From positions 1,962,245 to 2,026,244 of the forward strand of contig CAVOFQ010000003.1 in assembly GCA_963695025.1 (NCBI GenBank): a stretch of DNA of 64,000 bases, given 5' to 3'. Within the stretch, counting starts at the first letter, position 1; every line of letters begins with the position of its first letter. Made by a program: the position numbers and the translations under genes. This document shows positions 53,854 through 63,500 of the stretch, one piece after another. The DNA comes from an uncultured Actinomycetes bacterium (lineage in GTDB: Bacteria > Actinomycetota > Thermoleophilia > Gaiellales > JAICJC01). The notes below the pieces were generated by a model that worked only from the letters and a program-made list of their open reading frames with translations, did no database searches and was not told where the DNA came from.

Positions 53854-55296
53854 ATGGCGGCGAACCCCTGGTGGCAAAACGCGGTGATCTACCAGATCTA
53901 TCCGCGGTCGTTCCAGGACTCCGATGGCGACGGCGTCGGCGACCTGCGCGGGATCACCGCCCGGCTCGGCCACCTGTCCGATCTGGGCGTCGACGGCGTC
54001 TGGCTGTCGCCGGTGTACCCCTCCCCGCTCGCCGACGGCGGCTACGACATCTCCGACTTCACCGGCGTCGATCCCCGCCTCGGCACGATCGCCGACGTCG
54101 CCGAACTGGCGGCCGCGACCCACCGGCGCGGTATGACGCTCCTGCTCGACATCGTCCCCAACCACACCTCGATCGAGCACCCGTGGTTTCGCGCCCACCC
54201 CGACCGGTACGTGTGGGCAGACGCCCCGCCCAACAACTGGCGCGCCGCGTTCGGGGGGCCGGCGTGGACGCGGGACGAGCGCACCGGTCGCTTCTACCTG
54301 CACTCGTTCTACCCCGAGCAGCCCGATCTCGACTGGCGCAATCCCGCCGTCGTCGCGGCGATGCAGGACGTCCTGCGCTTCTGGCGCGGACGCGGAGCCG
54401 ACGGCTTCAGGCTCGACGCACTCGACCGCATCGGCAAGGATCCCGGCCTGCGCGACGACCCACCCGCGCGGGAGCCGTTCCCGTTCCCGCAGGACCCCGC
54501 GGTGGCCGCGCTCGACAGCATCCATTCGAGCAACTTCGGCCCGGCGCTCGACGGGGCGCTCCGGGCGCTGCGAGCGGCGGCGGCCGACGGCTTTCTCGTC
54601 GGCGAGGTCTACCGGCGGACGACCGAGCTCGACCCATACCTCAAGCACCTCGACAGCGCGTTTGCGTTCGAGCTGCTGTTCGCGGACTGGCGGGCCGACG
54701 TGCTTGGCGGCGTGATCGAGCGCGGGGCGCGGGTCGGGCGCATGTCATGGATGCTCTCCAACCACGACTTCAGCCGCGTTGGCTCGCGCATCGGCGAGCG
54801 CAACCTGCGCGCTGCGGCGATGCTCCTGCTGACGCTGCCCGGCCCGGTGTTCCTCTACCAGGGCGACGAGATCGGGATGCTGGACGGGCCGGGATGCGAC
54901 CCGCCGGTCGATCGCTTCGGCCGCGACGGCCAGCGCCACCCGATGCAGTGGGACGCGGGGCCGCGCGGCGGGTTCACGACCGGCACCGGGTGGCTGCCAC
55001 CGGTCGATCCGGCCGCGCGCAACGTGGCCGACCAGCGCCGCGACCCCCACTCCCTGCTCGCCTTCCACCGAGCGCTGATCGCCCTCCGGCGGACGCTCGT
55101 GGGAGAGCTCGAACTGGCGGCCGCCCAAGCGGATGGGCTGCTCGCCTACCACCGCGGCGCCCACACGGTCGTCCTCAATCTGGGGGAGGCGACGCGACCG
55201 TCGGGTATCGCAGGGGACGTGGTGCTCGCGACCCATCGCGTCACCGAGCCCGGCGTGCTCGCACCCGGCGCCGGCGTCGTCATCCGTCGCGGCTGA
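53854..55296 (+). CDS. GH13 alpha-glucosidase / oligo-1,6-glucosidase-like enzyme
   Basis: ORF trimmed to ATG 53854. WWQNAVIYQIYPRSF, DIVPNHTS, GFRLDAL, GEVY and SNHD are GH13 conserved regions I-IV. Confidence 0.85.
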   Translation: MAANPWWQNAVIYQIYPRSFQDSDGDGVGDLRGITARLGHLSDLGVDGVWLSPVYPSPLADGGYDISDFTGVDPRLGTIADVAELAAATHRRGMTLLLDIVPNHTSIEHPWFRAHPDRYVWADAPPNNWRAAFGGPAWTRDERTGRFYLHSFYPEQPDLDWRNPAVVAAMQDVLRFWRGRGADGFRLDALDRIGKDPGLRDDPPAREPFPFPQDPAVAALDSIHSSNFGPALDGALRALRAAAADGFLVGEVYRRTTELDPYLKHLDSAFAFELLFADWRADVLGGVIERGARVGRMSWMLSNHDFSRVGSRIGERNLRAAAMLLLTLPGPVFLYQGDEIGMLDGPGCDPPVDRFGRDGQRHPMQWDAGPRGGFTTGTGWLPPVDPAARNVADQRRDPHSLLAFHRALIALRRTLVGELELAAAQADGLLAYHRGAHTVVLNLGEATRPSGIAGDVVLATHRVTEPGVLAPGAGVVIRRG

Positions 55297-55324
55297 TCGG
55301 CGCCGGGGGAACTACCCTTCGGGG

Positions 55325-56176
55325 ATGCCCTGGGACACCGGCCTCAACCAGCTCGACGCCGAGACCGACTTCCAGCGCGCCCGCCGCCGGCAGGTGCTGG
55401 CGCAACTTGCCCGCCGCCTGCGAGGCGAGCCGGACGACATCAATGTGATCCTGCCGTTCGACGAGGTCGTGCACGCGCTCGGGCGAAGGGGCGAGCGCAC
55501 GCTCGGGCTGCGGATGATCGAGCTGCGCAGCATCGTCGGCAGCGTCGATCGCACGAGCGACTTCGACCGCCGGTTCCGGCCGACGTCGAACCGCCTGCGC
55601 GAGCGCTGGCAGCAGATCAACCTCGCCCAGCGGCGCGGGGTGGGGATGCCGCCGATCGCGGTCTACCGCATCGGCGACCTGCACTTCGTCCGCGACGGCC
55701 ACCACCGCGTATCGGTGACGCTGGCCCTGGGGCACTCGGTCATCGAGGCGGACGTGACCGAGGTGCTCACGGAGGTCCCCGCCGACGGCATCTCCGACCG
55801 CGGCGACATCGTCATCAAGGACTACGAGCGCCTCTTCCGCCAGCGGGTGCCGCTGCCCGACGACATCGCAGCGCACATCCGCGTGACCGACCCGTGGAGC
55901 TACGCGGAGCTGTCGGAGAACGTCGAGGCGTGGGCGTTTCGGCTCGTCCAGGACGCCGGTGAGTATCTCGACCGGCGCACGGCTGCAAGACGCTGGTACG
56001 ACGAGGAGTACCAGCCGGTCGTGGCGATGCTGCGCGAGGCCGACCTGATCGGTGCGGGCACCGAGGCCGAGGCGTATCTGCGGGTCGCATGCGACCGCTA
56101 CCGGCTGATCCGGGCGCACGAGTGGAGTGACGAGATCATCGCCCGTCTGCGCGGCACCGCCCCCGGGCGCAGCTGA
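55325..56176 (+). CDS. ParB/Srx-fold N-terminal-domain protein with an uncharacterised C-terminal domain
   Basis: ORF trimmed to ATG 55325. PPIAVYRIGDLHFVRDGHHRVSVTLALG is a ParB-like nuclease-domain DGHHR motif. Confidence 0.65.
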   Translation: MPWDTGLNQLDAETDFQRARRRQVLAQLARRLRGEPDDINVILPFDEVVHALGRRGERTLGLRMIELRSIVGSVDRTSDFDRRFRPTSNRLRERWQQINLAQRRGVGMPPIAVYRIGDLHFVRDGHHRVSVTLALGHSVIEADVTEVLTEVPADGISDRGDIVIKDYERLFRQRVPLPDDIAAHIRVTDPWSYAELSENVEAWAFRLVQDAGEYLDRRTAARRWYDEEYQPVVAMLREADLIGAGTEAEAYLRVACDRYRLIRAHEWSDEIIARLRGTAPGRS

Positions 56177-56192
56177 ACCCGGCGACCCTCTC

Positions 56193-57371
56193 CTACAGTG
56201 TCAGGTTCTCGCCAGTCTCCGGGTCGAAGACCTGGACGCCGTGCATGTCGAGCCAGAGGTCGAGCTCCTTGTCCTCCTGCGCCTGGCTCGCGGCGTCGAG
56301 CCGGGCCGTCACCTGGACGCCTTCGTCGGTCGTCATGTCGGTGGTCCCCGCGTCGCGGGCCAGCTCCTCGAGGAGCTCGGCGGTCGCACGCTCGCTCTGC
56401 ACGGTGAAGTAGGCGAACTTGTCGGAGCCGAGCGACTCGAGCAGATCGACCGTGGCGCGCACGATGACGCCCCTGTCCTTCTTGTCGTCGCCGACCAGGG
56501 CGGCGTCCTCGAACCGCTCGGGCCGGATGCCGACGATGACCCCCCGCTCGCCCTTCTGCCCCTCCAGCTTCTGGCGGCGATCCTCGGGCAGGCGCAGATC
56601 GCCGAGGGCGGTGTGCAGTACGCCGTCGGCGATGGTGGCGGGCAAGAAGTTCATCGACGGAGAGCCGATGAAGCCGGCGACGAACAGGTTGGTGGGCCGC
56701 TCGTACAGCTCCTGCGGCGGGCCGACCTGCTGAATCATCCCGGCCCGCATCACCGCGACCCGATCACCCAGCGTCATGGCCTCCACCTGGTCGTGGGTGA
56801 CGTAGACGGTCGTGGTGCCGAGCCGCTTCTGCAGCCGCGAGACCTCGGTGCGCATCTGGACGCGCAGCTTTGCGTCGAGGTTTGACAGCGGCTCGTCCAT
56901 CAGGAACGCGTTCGGGGTGCGCACGATCACGCGGCCCATGGCGACCCGCTGGCGCTGGCCGCCGGAGAGCTGGCCCGGCTTGCGGTCGAGATGCGCCGTC
57001 AGGTCGAGGATGCCGGCGGCCCACTCGACCCGCTCGGTGATCGTCTTCTGGTCGGCCTTGGCCAGTTTCAGCGAGAACCCCATGTTCTCCCGCACGCTCA
57101 TGTGCGGGTAGAGGGCGTAGCTCTGGAACACCATGCCGATGTCGCGCTCGCGCGGCGACTTCTGGTTTGCAACCTCGCCGTTGATGCGCAGCTCGCCTTC
57201 GCTGATGTCCTCCAGGCCGGCGATCATGTTGAGCGTGGTCGACTTGCCGCACCCGGACGGGCCGACCAGGATCACGAATTCGCCGTCGCCGATCGTGAGG
57301 TTGACGTCGTCGACGGCGAGAGCGCCGTCGGGAAACCGCTTGGTCACATGGTCGAGGACGATCTCTGCCAT
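56193..57371 (-). CDS. sugar ABC transporter ATP-binding protein (MsiK/UgpC/MalK type)
   Basis: ORF trimmed to ATG 57371 (AAGGAGAAGGAGG RBS). GPSGCGKST, LSGGQRQRVA and FLMDEPLSNLD motifs plus a MalK-like regulatory C-domain. Confidence 0.9.
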   Translation of the reverse strand: MAEIVLDHVTKRFPDGALAVDDVNLTIGDGEFVILVGPSGCGKSTTLNMIAGLEDISEGELRINGEVANQKSPRERDIGMVFQSYALYPHMSVRENMGFSLKLAKADQKTITERVEWAAGILDLTAHLDRKPGQLSGGQRQRVAMGRVIVRTPNAFLMDEPLSNLDAKLRVQMRTEVSRLQKRLGTTTVYVTHDQVEAMTLGDRVAVMRAGMIQQVGPPQELYERPTNLFVAGFIGSPSMNFLPATIADGVLHTALGDLRLPEDRRQKLEGQKGERGVIVGIRPERFEDAALVGDDKKDRGVIVRATVDLLESLGSDKFAYFTVQSERATAELLEELARDAGTTDMTTDEGVQVTARLDAASQAQEDKELDLWLDMHGVQVFDPETGENLTL

Positions 57372-57394
57372 TCCCCTGCCTCCTTCTCCTTCGG

Positions 57395-58225
57395 TTAGCC
57401 CTTGACCGCGCCGGCGGTGAGCCCGGCGACGATCCGGCGCTGGAACAGCATGACGACGATGATGATGGGAACCGTGATCACGACCGCGGCGGCCGCGATC
57501 GAGCCGATCGGCTGCTGGAACTGCGACGCACCGGTGAAGAAGGCGATCGCCGCCGGCACCGTGCGCGCGTTGGTGGTGGACGTGAGCGAGATCGCGAACA
57601 CGAAATCGTTCCAGGCGAAGATGAACACCAGGATGGCGGTGGTGAAGATGCCCGGCGCCGCCAGCGGGACGATCACCTGCCGGAACGCCTGCATCGGCGT
57701 CGCGCCGTCCAGTGCTGCGGCCTTCTCGAGGTCCCACGGGATCTCACGGAAGAACGCCGAGAGCGTGTAGATCGCAAGCGGGAGCGAGAACGTCATGTAC
57801 GGGATGATCAGACCGGGCCACGTGTCGAACAGGCCGATCTGGCGCCAGAGGTTGAACAGCGGGCTCACGAGCGAGATCTGCGGGAACATCGCGATCAGAA
57901 GCGCGGCCGCCACCAGCGCGCGCTTGCCGGGGAAGTCGAGGCGGGCGATCGCGTAGGCGGCCATCGCGCCGAGGGCCACGCCGAGCACCGTCGAGATGAG
58001 CGCGATGCCGATGGAGTTCACGAGCGCATGGGTGAACAGCGGCGTCTGGAAGATGCCACGGTAGTTCTGCAGCGTCCATTTGTGCGGATAGAAGCTGCCG
58101 TCGCCGAGCGTGCTCGGATCCTTGAACGAGATCGCGATCAGCCACCACACGGGGATGGCCGCGGCCAGAAGCACGACCGCGTTCGCCACGCCCCAGCCGA
58201 GTCGTTGTCGTCCGGAGGTCCTCAT
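57395..58225 (-). CDS. carbohydrate ABC transporter permease (MalG/UgpE-like)
   Basis: ORF trimmed to ATG 58225 (ATGA overlap). EAA loop [26 protein letters not shown]. Confidence 0.85.
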   Translation of the reverse strand: MRTSGRQRLGWGVANAVVLLAAAIPVWWLIAISFKDPSTLGDGSFYPHKWTLQNYRGIFQTPLFTHALVNSIGIALISTVLGVALGAMAAYAIARLDFPGKRALVAAALLIAMFPQISLVSPLFNLWRQIGLFDTWPGLIIPYMTFSLPLAIYTLSAFFREIPWDLEKAAALDGATPMQAFRQVIVPLAAPGIFTTAILVFIFAWNDFVFAISLTSTTNARTVPAAIAFFTGASQFQQPIGSIAAAAVVITVPIIIVVMLFQRRIVAGLTAGAVKG

Positions 58226-59121
58226 CGCTGGCCCGTCGCCTGTCCGGGCGCCGCCGCCCCGAAGCCCTTGATGAAGACAAATCCGATCACCGCGACCGAG
58301 AGGAAGATCAGCACGGCCATCGCCGACCCGATGCCGAGGTTGAGCGCCGTGAACAGCTGGTCGTAGTTCAGGATCGACACGGAGCGTGTGTCGTGCGTGC
58401 CCTGGGTGAGGATGTAGATGTTGTCGAAGATCCGGAAGGCGTCGAGCGTGCGGAAGAGCAGCGCCACGAGGATCGCCGGCATCATCACGGGGATCATCAC
58501 CCGCCGGAACCGCTGCCACGCGGTGGCGCCGTCGACCTTGGCGGCGCGCAGGAGCTCCTCGGGGACGAGCGAGAGCCCGGCGAGCAGCAGGAGCGCCATG
58601 AACGGCGTCGTCTTCCACACCTCGGCGAGGATGATGATCCCGATCGCCTGCCACTTGTTGGTGAGCGGCGCCTGGCCAGAGGAGAGCAGGCCCGCCAGAT
58701 AGCCAGTGCCCGGCGTCCAAGCGTATTGCCAGCTGTACGCCGCGACCACTGTGACGATGCCGTACGGGACGAGCACGGCGGTGCGGATCAGCCCGCGCCC
58801 GAACACCGCCCGGTGCATCACCAGCGCGACCGCCATGCCCAGCACGAGCTCGATCGCGACCGAGACGACGGTGATGAAGATGGTGATGCCGAACGCCTGC
58901 CACCACAGGTCGGTCGACTTGAGGATGGTGACGTAGTTGTCGAAGGCGACGAACTTATGGTCGGCCGGGAAGCGCAGGTCGTAGCGCTGGAACGAGAGGT
59001 AGATCGCATACACGATCGGATAGACCGCCACGAGCGCCATCACGATGACGGCCGGTGCACACAGCATCCACGCCAGCCGGCGCTCGGAGCGTGCACGCGC
59101 GGTCAGTGGAGCACTGCTCAT
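58222..59121 (-). CDS. carbohydrate ABC transporter permease (MalF/UgpA-like)
   Basis: 299 aa. [25 protein letters not shown] is an EAA loop. ATGA overlap with the SBP stop. Confidence 0.85.
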   Translation of the reverse strand: MSSAPLTARARSERRLAWMLCAPAVIVMALVAVYPIVYAIYLSFQRYDLRFPADHKFVAFDNYVTILKSTDLWWQAFGITIFITVVSVAIELVLGMAVALVMHRAVFGRGLIRTAVLVPYGIVTVVAAYSWQYAWTPGTGYLAGLLSSGQAPLTNKWQAIGIIILAEVWKTTPFMALLLLAGLSLVPEELLRAAKVDGATAWQRFRRVMIPVMMPAILVALLFRTLDAFRIFDNIYILTQGTHDTRSVSILNYDQLFTALNLGIGSAMAVLIFLSVAVIGFVFIKGFGAAAPGQATGQR

Positions 59122-60455
59122 GGCACCAGTCCCTTCGAGTTGATCGCGTCCTGAATGCCCGTGCGCAGGGTCGAGATGTTCTTCGCGGGGTCAACCGATG
59201 TGGGCGGTGAGAGCACGAACGCGATCTCGAGCGACACGCTCTGGTACGCCGGAGTCTTCGGGCGGATGCTCGCGAGCTTGAGCGTGTCCAGGATGTCCTT
59301 CCAGAACGGGTACGCCTTCTTGAATGACGGCTGCTGGTACACGGAGGTCAGCACCGGGGGCAGACCGCCGAGCACGGCGTTGGTGACCTCGTGCTTGGCC
59401 TCACGCAGGCACGAGATGGCATCGAACGCGAGCTGCTTGTGCTTCGAATAGCGGCTCACCGCCAGGTCGATCCCGCCGATGGTGACGTGCGCGGGCTCGC
59501 TTGCCTTCATGCGCGGGTACGGCGCCCAGGCCATGTTCTTGAAGATCTTGGGAACGTCGGCCTTTGCGGACGGGTACACGAACGGGTAGTTGAGCTCAAA
59601 CGCCGCCTGGCCGGTCTCGAACTGCAGCCGGTTTTGATCTTCCATCTGGTTGGAGAGCGACGGATCGGCCGCAGGCGAATGGGCCAGGTTGTGGATCACC
59701 TTGAGCGCCTGCACCGCCGCCGGCCCCAGCTCGACCTTCGATCCGTCGCTGCTCACGATCTGGCCCCCGGCCGAGGCGACGAGCGTGTTGAACCAGACCG
59801 TGTACCCCTCGTACTGCGCGCCCTGGATCTCGATCAGGTGCGGCTTGCCCTGCTTGGCCAGGTTGTCGGCCGTCGCGATCATCTGCGCCCAGGTCTTGGG
59901 CGGATGCGGAACGAGGTCCTTGCGATACCAGAGGAGCTGAGTATTGGTGTTGAACGGAGCCGAGTAGAGCCTGCCGTTCCACGTGGCGGTGTCGATCATC
60001 GACCCCAGCGTGCCGTGCTTGATCTGCTGGGCAAGCGAGCTCGGCCACGCCTGGATCCAGCCGGCCTCGGCGAACTCCGGCGTCCAGGTGACGTCGAGGC
60101 CGAGGATGTCCATCGACGAGTCGGCGGCGGCGAGGCGGAGGGCGAGCTGCTGGTGCTGACCGTTGGCCGAGTTGGGCAGGTTTTGGATCGCGATCCGGTA
60201 CTTGCCGTGGGAGGCCTGGCCGCATTGTGCCGCGCTCTTGACGAACGCCCCCGAAAACTCCGGGAAGATGTACCAGTTGAGCGTGACGGGCCCGCTCGAG
60301 GCGCTGCCGCCGCCACAACCCGCGGCCACCGCGAGGGTGAGCACGCACAGCGCGGCACCGATCCAAAGGCTCGACCGCCGGGGCGAAGGCTCTCGTGGTT
60401 CGCGGCTGCGCACTCGGAAACCCCCCTTACCCAGGTCCCGCACCACCGAAAACAT
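59118..60455 (-). CDS. extracellular sugar-binding lipoprotein (ABC family 1 SBP)
   Basis: ATG 60455 (GGGAGAG RBS) is preferred over TTG 60473. LTLAVAAGCGG is a lipobox and the body is SBP_bac_1-like. Confidence 0.85.
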   Translation of the reverse strand: MFSVVRDLGKGGFRVRSREPREPSPRRSSLWIGAALCVLTLAVAAGCGGGSASSGPVTLNWYIFPEFSGAFVKSAAQCGQASHGKYRIAIQNLPNSANGQHQQLALRLAAADSSMDILGLDVTWTPEFAEAGWIQAWPSSLAQQIKHGTLGSMIDTATWNGRLYSAPFNTNTQLLWYRKDLVPHPPKTWAQMIATADNLAKQGKPHLIEIQGAQYEGYTVWFNTLVASAGGQIVSSDGSKVELGPAAVQALKVIHNLAHSPAADPSLSNQMEDQNRLQFETGQAAFELNYPFVYPSAKADVPKIFKNMAWAPYPRMKASEPAHVTIGGIDLAVSRYSKHKQLAFDAISCLREAKHEVTNAVLGGLPPVLTSVYQQPSFKKAYPFWKDILDTLKLASIRPKTPAYQSVSLEIAFVLSPPTSVDPAKNISTLRTGIQDAINSKGLVP

Positions 60456-60578
60456 GACCTGCCGCTCTCCCAAACGGCTCCCACACCGTCTGCGGCTCAG
60501 ATGCTACCTCTTTCGCGGCCGTCGGGTTAATTTCCGCGTGAGCAGGCTGTAGCCTCACGGGTTACCGGATGGCGGGAA

Positions 60579-61055
60579 GTGGGTAGTCAGACAGCTATGC
60601 AGACAACGGGACTCCAGCAGGGCCTTCGCCTTGTCCGCCGGCACCCACGGGCAGCCGCCCGGGTGGGCCGGTACGCCGCCCGGCACCCACGCCGGGCCGC
60701 GACGGTCATCCGGCTCGCTCGCGAAGCCCCAGGAGCGGCCAGGCGCCTCAACGCCACGGCGAAGGATCCGAACGTCCAGCGGCAGCTGCGACTCGGACGA
60801 CGCTCGCTGTTGAAGGCCGGGGGCAGGCTCAAAAAGGGCGACGTCAGCGGCGCGGTCGCCGACGAGCAATTCTGGACCGAGGTTCGCCGCGCGGTGGGCG
60901 CCCTTGCCGCAGGCTACGCGCTCGTGCAGGCACCGCCGAGGCGCCGCGGCCGGCGCCGGCTGGCGATCGTCTCACTCGGCGCGATAGGCGGCGCCGCGTA
61001 CGCCGCCTATCGCATGACGCGGGGACGGGACTCGGGACCGCCGGCCGCTTGGTGA
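60579..61055 (+). CDS. hypothetical Arg-rich protein with a C-terminal hydrophobic anchor
   Basis: 158-aa ORF (GTG 60579 or ATG 60597) ending 7 nt before the LigD phosphoesterase gene. No recognised motif. Confidence 0.45.
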   Translation: MGSQTAMQTTGLQQGLRLVRRHPRAAARVGRYAARHPRRAATVIRLAREAPGAARRLNATAKDPNVQRQLRLGRRSLLKAGGRLKKGDVSGAVADEQFWTEVRRAVGALAAGYALVQAPPRRRGRRRLAIVSLGAIGGAAYAAYRMTRGRDSGPPAAW

Positions 61056-61062
61056 GGCTCGG

Positions 61063-61636
61063 ATGGGCGACCTCGACCGGTATCGATCGAAGCGGGACTT
61101 TCGTCGCACCACTGAGCCGGCCGGCCGTGGCGGTGGGCGCCGGACACGGGGAGAACCGCGGTTCGTGATCCAAAAGCATGCGGCGAGCTCGCTGCACTAC
61201 GACTTCCGGCTCGAGGTGGGCGGCGTTCTGAAGTCCTGGGCGGTGCCGAAGGGCCCTTCGACCGATCCCCGCGAGAAACGGCTGGCCGTCGAGGTCGAGG
61301 ATCATCCGCTCGAGTACGCCGACTTCGAGGGCGTGATCGGGTCCGGATACGGCGCCGGCAGGGTCATCGTGTGGGATGCGGGCACCTACCGCAGCCTCGC
61401 CGACAGCCCGGTTGAAGAGGCGCTCGAGAAGGGCCACCTGTCGGTGTGGCTGGAGGGCGACGAAGCTGCGGGGCGGCTGGACGCTGCAGCGCACGCGCGG
61501 CGGACCCAAGCCGCAGTGGCTCCTGATCAAGCGCCGCGACGAGGGCGCGGACGCGCGGCGCAATCCGGTCAGCACGCAACCGGAATCGGTGCGCAGCGGA
61601 CGGACGGTCGAAGAGCTTGCCGAAAGCGGGGGCTGA
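61063..61636 (+). pseudogene. ligD: LigD 3'-phosphoesterase (PE) gene with a 1-nt insertion frameshift near 61461
   Basis: The N-terminal half is in the frame of ORF 61063..62601 ([39 protein letters not shown]). The conserved C-terminal half [27 protein letters not shown]...[13 protein letters not shown] is in the frame of ORF 61376..61636. Confidence 0.7.
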
Positions 61637-61641
61637 CCCCC

Positions 61642-62601
61642 GTGGACATCTTCGCCAGCCTTTCCGGCGAGGAGCGGGCCCGTCTGCGGCCAGGGTCTGC
61701 GCCCGAGTGGGTCGTGCCGATGAAGGCGGTGCTGACCGACGACCGTTTCTCCGATCCCGACTGGATCTACGAGCGCAAGCTGGACGGGATTCGGTGTCTG
61801 ACGTTCAGGACGAGGGACGGTGTGCGGCTCATGTCGCGCAACCAGCTGAGCCTGAATCACCGCTTTCCCGAGTTGGCCGACGCGCTTCGGCGAGTTCCGG
61901 CCGAGTTCGTCGTGGACGGCGAGGTGGTCGCATTCGACGGGGCTCAGACGAGCTTCGCAAAGCTCCAGCAGCGCGGTGAGCGGCATGTGCCCGTCGTTCT
62001 CTACCTCTTCGATCTCCTCCACATCGACGGGCACGACACCACCGCCCTTCAGCTGCGCTCGCGCAAGACGCTGCTACGGCGCGCACTCGGGTTCGGCGGC
62101 CCGGTACGCCTGACCCCGCACCGCAACCGCGACGGCGAGGCGCTGTTTCAGGCGGCATGCCGCAAGGGCTGGGAGGGTGTGATCGCCAAGCGGGCGGAGA
62201 GCCCGTACACGTCCGGGCGCTCTCGCGATTGGCTGAAGTTCAAGTGCTCGGCCGAGCAGGAGCTGGTCATCGGCGGCTACACGCCCCCGCGCGGCAGCCG
62301 CACCGAGCTCGGGGCGTTGCTGCTCGGCTACTACGAGGACGAGCGGCTGCGCTACGCCGGGAAGGTCGGCACGGGCTTCACGCACGCGACGCTGCGCGAC
62401 CTGGCCGCGCGGCTCGAGCCGTTGCGGAGGGACGATTCGGCGTTCGCCGACGACGTTCGCGAGCGGGGCGCGACATGGGTGAAGCCCGTCCTCGTGGCAC
62501 AGGTGGGCTTCACGGAATGGACGCGCGACGGTCGCCTGCGCCACCCTCGCTTCCTCGGCCTGCGCGACGACAAGGCGGCGGCGGAGGTCGTGCGGGAGTG
62601 A
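61642..62601 (+). CDS. ligD: ATP-dependent DNA ligase (LigD ligase domain)
   Basis: GTG 61642 lies in the frame of ORF 61063..62601. ERKLDGIRC is motif I (KxDG). [21 protein letters not shown] and DWLKFK are motifs III-V. As sequenced, it is also readable as a fusion to the shifted PE gene. Confidence 0.8.
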   Translation: MDIFASLSGEERARLRPGSAPEWVVPMKAVLTDDRFSDPDWIYERKLDGIRCLTFRTRDGVRLMSRNQLSLNHRFPELADALRRVPAEFVVDGEVVAFDGAQTSFAKLQQRGERHVPVVLYLFDLLHIDGHDTTALQLRSRKTLLRRALGFGGPVRLTPHRNRDGEALFQAACRKGWEGVIAKRAESPYTSGRSRDWLKFKCSAEQELVIGGYTPPRGSRTELGALLLGYYEDERLRYAGKVGTGFTHATLRDLAARLEPLRRDDSAFADDVRERGATWVKPVLVAQVGFTEWTRDGRLRHPRFLGLRDDKAAAEVVRE

Positions 62602-63500
62602 CCGGCGTCGTCCTGACCGCCCGCCGCAAGGTCTCCATCAGCCACGCCGACCGCGTGATCTTCCCGGCGGTGGGGTTGACCAAGCTCGACCTCGCCCGCT
62701 ACTACGCCTCGGTCGGCGCGGTCATGGTCCCGCACGTGCGCGGACGCCCGCTGGCACTCAACGCGTTTCCGCACGGGGTGGACGGCGACGGGTTCTTCGT
62801 CAAGGACGTGCCGCGGCACTTTCCCGGCTGGATCGCCACAGCCGCGGTGCCCAAGCGGGAGGGCGGCACCATCCACCAGGTGCTTGCCAACGACACCGCC
62901 ACCCTCGTCTACCTGGCGGGCCAGAACATGCTCACGCCGCATATCTGGACAAGCCGCGCCGACCGGCTGGAGCGCCCCGACCGGCTGGTCTTCGATCTCG
63001 ATCCGTCGACGCAGCGGTTTGCCGACGTGCGCGCGGCGGCGCGAACCCTGGGAGAGATCCTCCGCGACCTCGGGCTCGCGCCCCATGCGATGACGACCGG
63101 CTCGCGCGGACTGCACGTCGTCACCCCGCTGCGCCGGACCGCCAGCTACGACGAGGTACACGACTTCGCCCGCGCCGTCGCGGCCGTGCTGGTCGCACGC
63201 GATCCCGGCGCGCTCACCACCGAGTTCCGCCGAAATCGGCGCGGCGACCGTCTTTTCGTCGACGTCGGCCGCAACGCGTACGGCCAGCACGCCGTCGCTC
63301 CGTACGCCGTCCGCGCCCTGCCCAAGGCGCCGGTCGCAACCCCGCTGCGGTGGGCGGAGCTGGACGACGGCCGGCTGGGTCCGCAGAGCTGGACGGTCAT
63401 GACCCTCGCCGACCGGCTCACCGACATGGGCGATCCTTGGCATGACATCGGCCGCCATGCACGGGCCCTCGGCCCGGCCCGCCGGGCGCTCCGAGACTAG
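62598..63500 (+). CDS. ligD: NHEJ polymerase/primase (LigD Pol domain, AEP family)
   Basis: ORF 62157..63500 trimmed to GTG 62598 (GTGA overlap with the ligase stop). [16 protein letters not shown] and LFVDVGRN motifs. Confidence 0.85.
   Translation: MTGVVLTARRKVSISHADRVIFPAVGLTKLDLARYYASVGAVMVPHVRGRPLALNAFPHGVDGDGFFVKDVPRHFPGWIATAAVPKREGGTIHQVLANDTATLVYLAGQNMLTPHIWTSRADRLERPDRLVFDLDPSTQRFADVRAAARTLGEILRDLGLAPHAMTTGSRGLHVVTPLRRTASYDEVHDFARAVAAVLVARDPGALTTEFRRNRRGDRLFVDVGRNAYGQHAVAPYAVRALPKAPVATPLRWAELDDGRLGPQSWTVMTLADRLTDMGDPWHDIGRHARALGPARRALRD

Noticed and set aside
61063-62601. Taking the 512-aa ORF at face value as a natural PE-ligase fusion LigD.
   Set aside because: The linker segment is out of frame relative to the strongly conserved PE C-terminal half, which is readable in the +1 frame. 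The frameshift interpretation is better supported.
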